Made by a program: the position numbers and the translations under genes
From: Eledone cirrhosa
Lineage: Eukaryota
Assembly: GCA_964016885.1 (NCBI GenBank)
Contig: OZ024746.1
Span: 90,272,001-90,336,000, forward strand
Reading direction: 5' to 3'
Length of the DNA: 64,000 nt
Shown: positions 27,673-40,378 of the stretch, piece after piece
Layout of the letters: the number at the start of each line of letters is the position of its first letter
How positions within the stretch are numbered: position 1 is the first letter of the stretch
The notes under the pieces: model-generated
Told to the model about the DNA's origin: nothing
Databases searched by the model: none
Seen by the model: only the letters and a program-made list of their open reading frames with translations

Positions 27673-30089
27673 ATGGAAAGACACCATATAAGTATATCCT
27701 TAAAAAACATACCTATACCTACAGATAGGGATCATACACTCGTTATGATACAGCGTACAAATGACTTTATCCGTTAAATCCGATGGAAAGCATACCGTTA
27801 CGATAAAGGACATACTAATAATAAATATGAGGAATTTATTAGTGAAAAATACGGGTTCAAATCCTGCAAACATCCACCGAACAACCACCAAGTTGATGCC
27901 TTCGAAGTTGACCTCATGAACATGATAAACGGAACCAATTTAAAAAAACGGACACATTACAACAAACTGCAAAACCACATCAATGCAATACTAAAAAAAA
28001 ACTGCGTAACACCGACGGTGAAAGCGGACAAAAAGCACCAATAGTGAAAGCGGACAAAATATCAAACGTATACACCATGAGCCTTAATACATACAATAAC
28101 TTTATACGCCGTGAATTAGATAAAAACTACAAGAAAACTATGGAATATACACTCACTAATATTAATAAGGAAGGACTTAACATAGTAAACAGACTGAAAA
28201 TATCTAATAGAACCGAGCCTCTAACCCCTTGTAAACCCACATTTAATCTGAAAGATCATAAATACAAATTCGAAACTGACCCCACTATTAGATTAATATG
28301 CCCATGAAAATCGGATATAGGTAGAATTAGCAATATATACTAGATGGAATAATAGCACACATTATAGACAAACTAATAATTAAGCTTTGGGGTAACACTA
28401 ACGAAGCAATAGATTGGTTTAACAAAATAGACAATAAGAAAACATGTGACTTCATACAGTTTGACATCAATGATTACTACTCCTCCATTTCCCCAGTCAC
28501 CCTAAATAAGGCACTAACCTTTGCACAGAAAAACTCGGACCTATCCTCTGGTGAAATTAGAATAATACTAGTTGCTAGGAGAACTATCATTAGGTTCGAT
28601 AATAGTTACTGGGAAAGAAAAAAAACAGACAGAATAGCTTTGATATCACTATGGGATCTAACGACTCCGCTAAAATAACAGGCATAGTTAGAATATATAT
28701 AGCACATATCTTACATAAGGAAATTGATAACCACCAAGGAGGAATTTATAGAGACGATACACTCCTTTTAGCTAAAAATTTAAATAATCAAAACTTGGAA
28801 AGATTACGTAACACGATTAGAATATTCTTCAATAAACTAAGCCTAGATACCACTTTCGGACTTAATACTAAAAAAGCTATCTTCCTAGATGTATCACTCA
28901 ATCTAAACACAGGACTAATATAGACTTCCAAAAAAATAACGAAAATTTAGCCTACATTAGTTATAACTCAAACCACCATCGCCCCATAATTAACTCCATA
29001 GCACATAGTGTACCCCTTAGAATTTCATGCTTATCGTCTAATCTAGATATGTTTAAAGTACACAAAAACTACTACAACATAGCTTTGCTTAAGGCAGGCC
29101 ACAAGGATAGACTCAAATACATACCATATTCAAACAAAATCAACACACCTATCAACAATAACACCACCCACACCTATAGAAATAGCAAATATAGGACTCA
29201 ACATAGAAATAGACAACGAGCGCCAGAAATAAATGAACCGAATACTAATATAAGGACCCCTAGGAAATATAAAAAAAACCCAGAGATATGAAATACTTAT
29301 GGTTCAACACTATATTTAAATCCTCTATAAAAACCTTCTACATTATTTAAACTAATTGCCAAGCACTTCCCTAAACTTCACAAATACCATAAAATCTTTA
29401 ATAGAAATGCTATCAAACTCTCTTACTCTACTGCAGCCAACATAGAATCACACATACATGAAATAAGCTTTAGAACAATCTCTAATGAAAATAACCTACA
29501 AACAAACACCATAACACCAAATACAAAACACAAACACATAACAACATCGCAACCACACACACGTCAGTACGCATCACAACAAAACATCAACAAACACAAA
29601 TCTCAGTTCATACATAACAACATACAAAACCGCGTCGAAGAACCCGCACACAGGAAGGCCTAAAAATGTAACTGTCACTTATCGGATAGGTGCCCAATAA
29701 AAATAGATGCCTGGAGTCAAATATTGTGTATTGTGCACTATAAATCGAGGCAACTTAGCATGGCACTACATAGGTTCTACAGCTGGGGAGTTCAAAAGAA
29801 GAAGGTACGTCCACAGATATTCTATAAATAACCGTAGACTAATGCACACAACAACGCTCGCCAATAAAATCTGGCAGCTTAAAGATACAAACCAAGAATA
29901 CGGGATTAGTTGGTCGAAACTATCGGGGACAAAGGTCTTCAGAAATGGAATTCCCACTGCGAACTTTGCAATATGGAGTTGCTTCAAATGTTAAAGTACG
30001 ACAAAATGCTGCTTAACAGCAAAATAGAACGGTTAGGTTTCTGTAGGCATAAAGCAGCGACTAAATTCGTTAATTTCAAACCAACATGA
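27673..30089 (+). pseudogene. Penelope-like retroelement ORF: RT + C-terminal GIY-YIG endonuclease (Naiad-like), degenerate
   Basis: N-terminal ISLKNIPIP...IRWKA; VKADK; LKDHK..F...PTIRLICP*KSDIGRIS; FIQFDINDYYSSI; FDITMGSNDSA; GIYRDD; FLDVSLNLNTG; linker CNC..CP; VYC...YIGST..EFK.R...H; CELC..E...LN..E..CRH; stop at 30087-30089. Several stops and frameshifts. Confidence 0.9.
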
Positions 30090-30882
30090 TTCGATCCAAA
30101 AATCCCATTATTCAAACTGAACTACTTTGAGTCTATTACAATAATCCATTATCATTAACTGTCAATAGATCAACTAATCACTGAATCAACATCATAACCT
30201 TTCTTACTTCCACTAAACTACTTCACATCTTCCATTATATCCTATCATATTCTCTTCAACTCTCACATAACTTCCAATTTATTAATTTATCCTTTATTAT
30301 ATCTTCATAATATAATTTATCCTGTACTACTTCTTGTTAATATAATTTAACCAATATATGTGTGTGTGTGTTTGATGTTTTCATGTTTATACCATCACAT
30401 CTATATACTTTGACGACCACCACTGCCGCCAAAACTGTTTTCGCACACTGTTTTCACACACATATATATATTCTTTAACTTATTTTTTATCATCTTCATT
30501 CTAACTTATTTATTATTATTTATTTATTATTTTGTTTATGTTTTATTTATTGTTTCATTCTTTTATTTTTCTCTTTATCTTTTTCTCTTTTTTCTTCTTT
30601 CTTTATTACTGATGTGATTTGAAATATCTTAGTTTATTACAAACGCCGTGTATAATTTTGACCAGATATTCCGATATTGGCCCTAAGAATCCTCAAAAAT
30701 CTTGTTCTCGTTTACAAAGCGAACCTGTGCCACCCATGAGATTCTCGGAGAATAACACCTGAGTAAAAACAGAACATTATATCTTGAATTTCGGGTGCTC
30801 ATCAACCGCATGCCGATTTTGAAACGTTTACAAGGACTATCGCAGTGTCCCATATAACATTCTTTGTAATTAATACACTCAT

Positions 30883-31068
30883 GCGGTAGATTGGCAGTAT
30901 CGGTAGAGCGTCAAATGCCATGCTTTGCGGCAGATTATGTCCCTTTACGTTCCGAGTTCAAATCCCGGCGAGGTTAACTTTCCCTTTCATCCTTACAGAG
31001 TCGATAAATTCAAGCACCAGTAATGCACTGGGGTAATAGCTGTACTTGTGCCATAAGTAAAAGCAATT
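30883..31068 (+). mobile_element. SINE family A, full length
   Basis: A-box ttggcagtatcgg and B-box gagttcaaatccc; 17-bp TSD aattaa(t/c)acactcatgc at 30868-30884 and 31065-31081. Confidence 0.9.
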
Positions 31069-31654
31069 AACACACTCATGCAACATTTGTTGAATTTTAT
31101 TTTAATCAATACTTCTGAAATTTTCGCATCACAATTCTTTTCAATTAATATTGTCAATCATTCAAACAAGAATATAATATCTTACTATACCCTCTATTTA
31201 AAAATATAATGTTTTCATGGTTATGCCTTGACGGGATTTTTATTTATTAATACATTTTGGATTTATTAATGTAAAATAATTGTTTGTTCATATACTCTTC
31301 GCTGCAGAATTCCTTTAAGCAACATTTGTAATTGCAACTCTTGGTATTTTTTATATTTTTTCGTTCCCCCTTCATACACATATACATATGCAAACATTGA
31401 TACAAGTTGATACATACCAACATACACAATCAGATCCACCCCTCTCTCTCTTTCTCTGTCTCCCTCTTCTCTCTCTCTTTCTATAAATATATATATATAT
31501 ATATAGTAATAATAATAATTCTTAAGACTAAAATATCAAAAGAGGGCTCGATAAGGATAAATATATATCAAATATATAAGAACCGTACAGCAAATATTTA
31601 TTAAAATAACAGATTAAATTTTAATTAAACTTTAAACTGCTGTTATTTTAATAA

Positions 31655-31687
<33 letters not shown>

Positions 31688-31688
31688 T

Positions 31689-31786
<98 letters not shown>

Positions 31787-32528
31787 GTGTCTGTTTTTCT
31801 GTATGTGTTATATGTATTTGCATTTAAGTTTGAGTGCCAGAAACAATTTCGTGACGCTCATACATTCTCTATTTTACGAAGAAATTCGTACACATCAGTT
31901 TTCAGTATAAAGCCCAACATTTAAGTAGAATTTTGCTGAAGCTTCATAACTGAATAGGAAGATTGCTATGCTTACTTTAATGGTTACTTTGAATATTTTA
32001 TATAAAAAATATTCACGATATCTAAATATTTGGATTTAAATTCTGAGAAAAATAAGGAGTGTGTGCTTTTCAGCCTCTCGCTGTTGATAAATTGAGAACA
32101 TTATAGGCATGGATTTTAATGCATCGGATGTTTAGCGTAATCTTCTGGAAATTCAAATTCTATAGCAATCTTCCGATTCAATTTGGCGAACTAAATAAAA
32201 CTAATGCTAAACCAAACAGGAATTATGACACCATTACTTTGAAATAAGTGCATTTTAATGATATTTGAAAATGCGCAAATATTTAAGCAAGTGTCGAATT
32301 TAAACTGAGATGAACATTTCCTTCATAGTGCAAGACCAATTTAACGATAATGGAAACATTAAAGAGGAAACTCTTCATATTTCGTCACATGGTTCTTTTA
32401 TGAATGGGTGCATTACTCCAAAATCAAACTTACTTAGCTAAAGCAAATTTCCATGTGAATATATATATTAGAAAGTGAGGTTTTTTTTACAAAATAAAAA
32501 AAAACGAGGTGTCCTACACGAGTGAAAT

Positions 32529-32830
32529 TATAAGGAAAAAAGATGAAATCGAAAATGCAACTGGAGTCTTTTTCTATAAAAATTTATATTTATTTGTTTC
32601 CTTTACCAGTCTCGCAGTTCTTCTGCTTTTCAAAAGTAGAATTGAAATGGAGGGTTTGTGGTTTTTCTCACATTTGAGAAAAACCATGTGAGAAAAACCA
32701 CAAACCCTCCATATCAAATCTACTTTTGAAAAGCAGAAGAACTGGGAAACCGGTAAAGAAACCAAATAAATATATATTTTTATAAAAAAAGACTCCAGTT
32801 GCATTTTCGATTTCATCCTTTACCCTTATA
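32529..32830. repeat. ~145-bp-arm palindrome (fold-back/MITE-like)
   Basis: 32529-32673 is an imperfect reverse complement of 32686-32830; TATA at both ends. Confidence 0.85.
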
Positions 32831-33247
32831 TATATATAGTGACGAAACACAAGCCAATTGCATGAACTCATAATCCTTTATTTACTGCTATATATATTTC
32901 GATGATAGCCATTGAATGGCTATGACCTCATCAAGCAGTTAGTCAGTTCTTAGATATGCCAGTTCTGTGTTTATAGTGTTGATGGTAGCAGAGCCTTGGG
33001 ATATATGAGTTTGTTAGGAATAATTTAATATTGTCAGCAGGAATAGTCTTAATTCTCACTTGTCAGTTTATAGATGCTAGTAGGGTTGGTATTTGACCTC
33101 AAAGAGGCAGGTGGTGTTGTAAAGTTCAAACCGTCAGGCAAGATGACAATAGTTCCATATGACTGATTTTCACAAAAAACATTCCTGGTCTGATATATAT
33201 TCAATTAAATGTTAATAGTATGAAATAGATACTACAGGTCATTTTTA

Positions 33248-33545
33248 AATTGAGGAATTTATGTGGAGTGGTGCTACTGAAAATTATAGTTAGAGTAGAA
33301 AATTTACAAATAAAAAAACTTTTGTAGGTTGGCTTGCACTACACTGAAACCCACCACCACAGACACACACACACATCCACACATTCAAAATGAGGAATTA
33401 ATGTGGGGGAGGTAATACTTAAAATAATGGTTAGAGTCAAATACTTAGATAGTTTAGAACATTTTGAATTAAAAAGACTTATGTTGGTTGACTTGTACAT
33501 ACACTCACACATACCCCCTCAGACACACACACTTCTACACACACA
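33248..33545 (+). repeat. diverged ~140-155-bp direct repeat (2 units)
   Basis: 'aaa.tgaggaatt.atgtgg...ggt..tact.aaa.t.at.gttagagt...aaaaa.actt.tgt.ggttg.cttg.ac...cagacacacacac' occurs at ~33248 and ~33388. Confidence 0.75.
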
Positions 33546-33573
33546 TATATATATATATGTATATGTATATATA

Positions 33574-33754
33574 ATATGAACAGATTCAGGACCCCGACGG
33601 CTGAGCTCCAGCCGTTTCGACAGGTAGTTCGGATCTAGCTGTTCAAATGGCCGGAGCTCAACCGTCGGGTCCTGACTCTTTTCATATTACCCACTCTACA
33701 AAATCCGAGTACTCTGGGGCGTTATTGTCCACCTGGAATCTTACATCTTATTTG

Positions 33755-33757
<3 letters not shown>
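33574..33757 (+). mobile_element. short fold-back element in (TA)n (family C)
   Basis: A ~130-nt unit starting agttcggatctagctg at 33626 is preceded by an inverted copy of its 5' part; homologous to 36478-36682 and 48192-48337. Confidence 0.8.
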
Positions 33758-33819
<62 letters not shown>

Positions 33820-35903
33820 GGCGTAAATCTATTGGGCGTTGTAGGTATGTGTTGAAACGTTCAAGGAGTTATGTGTAATTAATAATAGATGATTGTAGTG
33901 TAATGGATATGTTTGTGTGTTGACGCATGTACGCGTTCGGGATGTTTGCTATCTATATGGTTATATGACTCTGGGGATACGTTGTATGTAAGAATATCAT
34001 ATTATTATGTGGTTTGGTGTGTGTGTATGATGTATTCTGATACTAGGCAAAATAAACGGATGTTTAAGCGAGGTGTGTAATAGATATATACGCTGGTATA
34101 TGGTTCGAAATGAAAGGCTTTGTGTTGGCAGGATGCGAAAGAAGAGGGTGTCTGGTGGGAAGAGACATAAATAAAAAAAGTGGGAAATCGCAGTCAAACG
34201 ATCGAGAAAGAAGCAATCAAAGCAGAAAGTGAGGCACGTTTCCTTATGACACCGCAGAATGGTAGATAGAAGAGAGAGTATCAATATTAGAGATTAGAGA
34301 TGTCATGACATAGAATATAAATTATAAATGCTGTCTGTTTACTTGTTACGAGAAGCCCACGTGATTGTATACCTCGGGCATAGGTATATAAGAAGTTAAA
34401 GACGACATAAAAAGTTACGTGAACAAACATTTATAAATTTATTTAAAAACAGATTGAGAAAAAAGTTGAAAAAATTATGAAGGCACGAAAGAAGAAATGA
34501 AAAGAAATATATAAAAATGATAGGATATGGGAACCATAACAATACATATATATCTACATACGAGGGTAAATGTATATATAGGCTTAATGAACGGTCCAGT
34601 ATGCAATGAGTGTCAGTCTGACTCTAGCGCAGGTTAATGCTCGATCATTCAAGTCTACTTCCATGTATGTGTATATACTACGACAGACGACATGTGTGCA
34701 TGAAAAGATGTGGACCAACAATATTAACATTACAGTCACATTCGCACAATGTAGCTTAAGTATAACCCTCTTCCATCTAGAGCACAGCTTAGATATTTGA
34801 TCAATTATTAGATACATATTAACACCAAACTGAGAGTGATAGAGTTAAGACAATTTTAGTCACCCGCTGAGGTTTAAACAATGCAAATATACTGATAAAA
34901 TCAAATAATGAAAAATATAAGTAAATTAAATTGTAAGAATTATCTGCAATTATTTTTGTATCAACACTTAAAGAACCAGATCAATTTATTACAGAGTGAA
35001 CAGCCTGGATTGCCCTATTTACACTGGCCTGTTTTTAACTCTTACTGTCACCACAATTGCTTCCACCTTCCTAATTTTGGCTCGCCAGAATCAGTGATCA
35101 TATATGCTGGAACCTGAAATGTTAATATCGTTTGGAAGTCAGGCTTATAAAAAAATCAACACAAAAAATCATTGATTTCGCCTAAACACCTGTCTGACGA
35201 AAATTCATAGCATATAGATTGTGTCTTTAGCAGTATAAATCTAACTGCATACCTTCCTCACTATTCGCACAATGTGACGCTTTTCAAGTAACAATATATA
35301 TGATTCTAGATTTAGACTTGTAAACCACTACTAACAGATATTTGCTATTCTTCATGACCTCCATAATTTATATAGTTTGAATGTGCTTCATCATAGTGTG
35401 ATTTATAATAATTTTGTGGTAGCTATTTGTTATTATTGATACTGTTGACAGCTATCAAAGCCCTTGGGATTAGTTCTTTAGGCAGTTGTATGAACTATTC
35501 TACATTCCATATTTAGATCATTCGAAATACTTCGTAATTCTTTTCTTACGGTATACTGCTACCATTTTCTGCATATTACATAATGTATACATTCCCTTAT
35601 ATGTATGTGCAACTTAACCATTTAGATTAAAAGCCATTTCATAGATTTAAGGGGAGTTAAAAATGCACCGATAAAATAATTTGGCGTAATCGGCTTTGAT
35701 ATATTGGCAGACACTGTTTAACTGCCCATTGTTTATTTATCTATATAGTACTAAACTTTGCGATTTCTTGCTTGCTTGTCTGTAATGTGATACAGCCAAA
35801 AGGGCGCATGATGGGAGAATACTTTGGCAGGAAGTTGCCCCTGAAATAGAAATACAAATTGAAGAAAACAAGCTAAGCGTAAATCGAAGCACGTGTTCCC
35901 TAC

Positions 35904-35957
35904 ATATGAGAGGAAGAGATGTTGGTTGTGACAGAGTAGATATAGAGAGTAGATATA

Positions 35958-35998
<41 letters not shown>

Positions 35999-36004
35999 AC
36001 ACAC

Positions 36005-36064
<60 letters not shown>

Positions 36065-36110
36065 CTATATCTACTCTCTATATCTACTCTGTCACAACCA
36101 ACATCTCTTC

Positions 36111-36119
<9 letters not shown>
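35904..36119. repeat. perfect inverted duplication around an (AC)n-(TA)n-(GT)n core
   Basis: 57-bp unique arms at 35904-35960 and 36063-36119 are exact reverse complements. Confidence 0.9.
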
Positions 36120-36149
<30 letters not shown>

Positions 36150-36318
36150 AGAGAGAGAGCTATGAGATAGAGAAACATAATGGAACAGAGACAGTTGGTG
36201 ATGTTGTTGTGCGTATGTTTGTATATATGTATATATATTTATATATACATATACATATGTGCGTGCATGTGTATATATATGTGTCTGTATCTATGATCAG
36301 TGTATATATATATATGGG

Positions 36319-36477
<159 letters not shown>

Positions 36478-36682
36478 AACGAAGGAAATGTGGTAAGGAA
36501 CCACATGGACCATAACGCACCAAAATACTCAATACTTAGGGTAGTAGATCGGGTAATAGGAACAAGTAGGACCCCGACGGCTGAGCTCAAGCCGTCTCGA
36601 CGGCTAATTCTGGACTAATTTAGTCCAGAATTAGCCGTCGAAACGGCTTGAGCTCACCCGTCGGGGTCCTACTTATTCCTAT
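36478..36682 (-). mobile_element. short fold-back element in (TA)n (family C)
   Basis: Full unit on the minus strand plus 63-bp inverted arms at 36556-36618 and 36620-36682 (3 mismatches). Confidence 0.85.
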
Positions 36683-36690
36683 ATATATAC

Positions 36691-36783
<93 letters not shown>

Positions 36784-36795
36784 TGTGTATATATA

Positions 36796-36856
<61 letters not shown>

Positions 36857-36868
36857 TGTGTATATATA

Positions 36869-36986
<118 letters not shown>

Positions 36987-39306
36987 TGTGTGTGTGTGTA
37001 TGTATTGTGATATGGAAATGTCTACTATAAATAACATAAAGGAATATATAGATAATTAATTACAATCGTCGGGCTATTATTTTTGGCACCAGGTAAGAAT
37101 ATTAAATTTATTTTACCGTAGCAGGCAATATATATGATCGTGCAAGACATTTTATATTGAATGAAATTGGAAACATTTTGATGATTTTACATTTATGGGA
37201 TCTTAAATTTGATCATTTCATTTTTCTGTGATCTAAGACGAAATTTACTGAAAATACTATCTGAAATCTTTGAAATAAACTTGCAATTTGAATTGTGGTA
37301 ATTTTTAAATTACTTCGGTTTTAAAAGCCTATTTAAGCAATCATTCTCTCGGGCTTGTAGGAAGGTTTATTTTCTCATTTAAAAAACACTGCAAGGATCT
37401 ATACATCCCGGGCAGTCCTATATAATTTCCAGCTGGTCATTTGACATAGATTGTGTGACCTCGTTTTCTGAATCAGTTTTGCTCGTTGTTCGCATGTCCA
37501 GCATAATACCCATCGATCATAATAATAATAAAGCAACAATACCCTAATATTAAAACAGATTAATTGGGAGAAATGTCGATATCAATAATTCGAAAAAATG
37601 ACGAACAAAATCGATACCAATTATGTACTCTTTATCAATAAACATTTATAGATGCGTTTGCTTTTAGGATTTCAGGTACATTTGAAATATAACTTCTGTG
37701 CTGCAGAAGATATTCGTATGCTGTCTGTATGGGAATTGATAAAGTCTTCTCTTGGACAATTTTAGCATAAGCTGCAATTATTAATGATCATTTATATGCA
37801 ATATGCTTCAATGAGGAATTCAGTACACAGTGTGTTCTTACAAGTAACAGTATATATGTGGCCTGATCAACACCATGTCTTCTGTACTTTAGTTTTACGA
37901 ACATGACCGATTATATATAAACAGCAACGTATATATCAATGCACAATACACACACACAGACACATAGACCCACATACAATCCAGGATATGTGTATGTATA
38001 GAAAGAGTGAGAGACGTATGTGTATGTAAGTATAAACAAATGTATTTGTGCGTACGTATGTGTTTGATTGCATTTAGAATGGTTATACAAAAATGTGTGA
38101 GAAGATGAATGCTTTGATAATTGGATTTGCAATAGTGACCATTGCATGTAATTTGGCAATTATATATTTCTAATATTGCATAACACATCTTTGACTAACA
38201 TTTAATTATAATTCTATACTACTTGTATTTGCATCTTCATACTCGCTAACATCTCTGTTGCTCTCTTCCTACTAACACCGATCCCACTTGTATTAATGTA
38301 GCACTGTTATAACTGCATATGACGAAACAAAGTGTGTATACTAATAAATAGACGTGCGAAGCTTCAATCAATTACATGTGAATTAAATTCAGATAAACTA
38401 TTTCCATTCCGATTTATACGTTTTTAAATTCGTTTCCGCTATTGTATTTAATGAAAACTTCTATTTATTGAAAGCTGTCCGGAGGAAAACTATCTATTAA
38501 GGCAGAGAGAATATATTGATTATTTAATAATCATCTCCACTTCATTCGGAAATATCCACTTAAATCTTTGTAAATGCATTGCCGATAATACATTGTAGGT
38601 AATATTGCTGAAGGCTTCATGAGACAAAATAAATAATGAATACATATATATATATATTTATTGTGTGTGTGTGTGGTGGGGGTGGGGGTGGGGTGGGGGT
38701 GTATGTGTGTGTACGTCTCTGTGAGCGAGTGTGCTGGTGTTAGTGGCGTAAAAAAAACAATACTACAATACTCAAAATAGGTTTGAAGTAGCAGGAATAA
38801 GGATAGGCAACTTAAAAGAATGACAACTTAGAAATGTAAAAGGCCATGAAATAAACAAAAAGAAATATTGTAAAACACAAATACCTATTTTGATTTACAT
38901 TTAACATTAATATCATTTTCGTGAAAGGCAAAGCGAACAAGTGTTACTTATTTATTGATTATATTATTATGTAATGAAGAACAGGTTTTCCTTTGGTTCT
39001 TCTATCCAGAAACGCAATATTTACCCAATAAAATATACATGGATGTTGTGATGATTTCAAAATATACTTAACTCTTTTCCAACAAGCAATTAAAACAGAA
39101 TGCGTTTTATGTAATTTTAAAAGAATCATATGTAAAATTTCAAGTCCATTAACATAAACCATGAAAGGATGTCATACCGAGATAGAAGAAATGGAGATGG
39201 AATTTAATTTTAATGAAAACAAATAAAAAATGTTATGTTCACAAAACGATATACTCTATTGACGAGTAAAAACGATAAATGTGGTTTTGAGTGAAGACGA
39301 TGGGTG

Positions 39307-39590
39307 CTCCAGTTGATTCAATCAGTGGATCTACTTGTTCAATAAATTAGCATGTGCGTGGCAGATACATGCACACGTAACACAGTTTTCAATGACATTC
39401 AGCGTGAGCTTCAGTGTGAGCTTCAGCGTGACGAGGCTGGTTCTTTGGATTATGTACACAGCATATTTTAACAAACTGAATAAACTGTAGAAACGTAAAA
39501 TCATGCGTTTTGCTTAAATATACAACGCAACGCCATACCGGGGAATGGAGATTACGATTTTACGAACCTGAGCTGAAGATACTGAGCAAG
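39307..39590 (-). mobile_element. CORE-type SINE, strongly diverged
   Basis: 'aaactgaataaactgtagaaacgtaaaatcatgcgttttgcttaaatatacaacgc...ggggaatggag' parallels the family B CORE/head at 18760-18840. Confidence 0.55.
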
Positions 39591-39660
39591 ACACTGTATT
39601 TTTCACATTAAAGGCGTCTGAAACGGTAAATAAATCTAGAGAAACAAAATGCATAAAAAT

Positions 39661-39817
39661 AATTGTTTCTACTTTTGGCACAAGGCCAGCAATTACCCAG
39701 TGTATTACTGGTACTTTATTTTATCGACCCCGTAAGGATGAAAGGCAAAGTTAACCTTGGCGGGATTTGAACTCAGAATTGCAAGGGCCGTAACTCTATG
39801 CGTCAAAGCATGGCGTC
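39661..39817 (-). mobile_element. SINE family A (head interrupted)
   Basis: Near-consensus tail, body and B-box, cut off by the element at 39824. Confidence 0.9.
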
Positions 39818-40160
39818 TGTGAATTATTGCCTCTGTGATTTTTCTCAACATTGACGCAATGTTTAGACAAATGACAGAGGCAATAAACATAAAAGAATTA
39901 CAACCAAAATTAAATAGAAAACATGAGTGGAACAGCAACATCACAACTTACAATTAAGGACAAAATGAAAACACACACGCACATAGAACAAACAACCAAC
40001 CTGTAAAATGTAAATAAACAAATAAATAAACGAATATAAACACACACACAGACACCCGGATGTGGCACATGCGCAGACTGAGCACACAACAAACACACAG
40101 AAACAAGATGGCGTAGGACAGAACAAAGCAGAGGCACAAAAACAAAGAAAATAATCCCCA

Positions 40161-40203
40161 GTCACTGAAGAGGTCACATAATGTGTGACGAAAGAACTTT
40201 GAC
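40161..40203 (+). ncRNA. minimal type I hammerhead-like motif (Penelope-type)
   Basis: gtca-CUGAAGA-g-gtcaca(taatg)tgtgac-GAAA-gaacUU-tgac: 4-bp helix I, 6-bp helix II, vestigial helix III. Confidence 0.6.
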
Positions 40204-40333
40204 AATATATAAACAACCATCTGGTTGTGGAACCAACCAACCAACCGGAAATTTATAAATTTATTATAATAAATTGAAGTGAAAGAAACTGGTGCGTGTG
40301 TTTCTTATTAGCAACATGACGCTCCCAAAGTAT

Positions 40334-40378
<45 letters not shown>

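Noticed and set aside
32730-32765. cagaaga-actgg-gaaa-ccggt as a hammerhead core
   Set aside because: No helix I or III, and the pairing is not preserved in the other arm of the palindrome.
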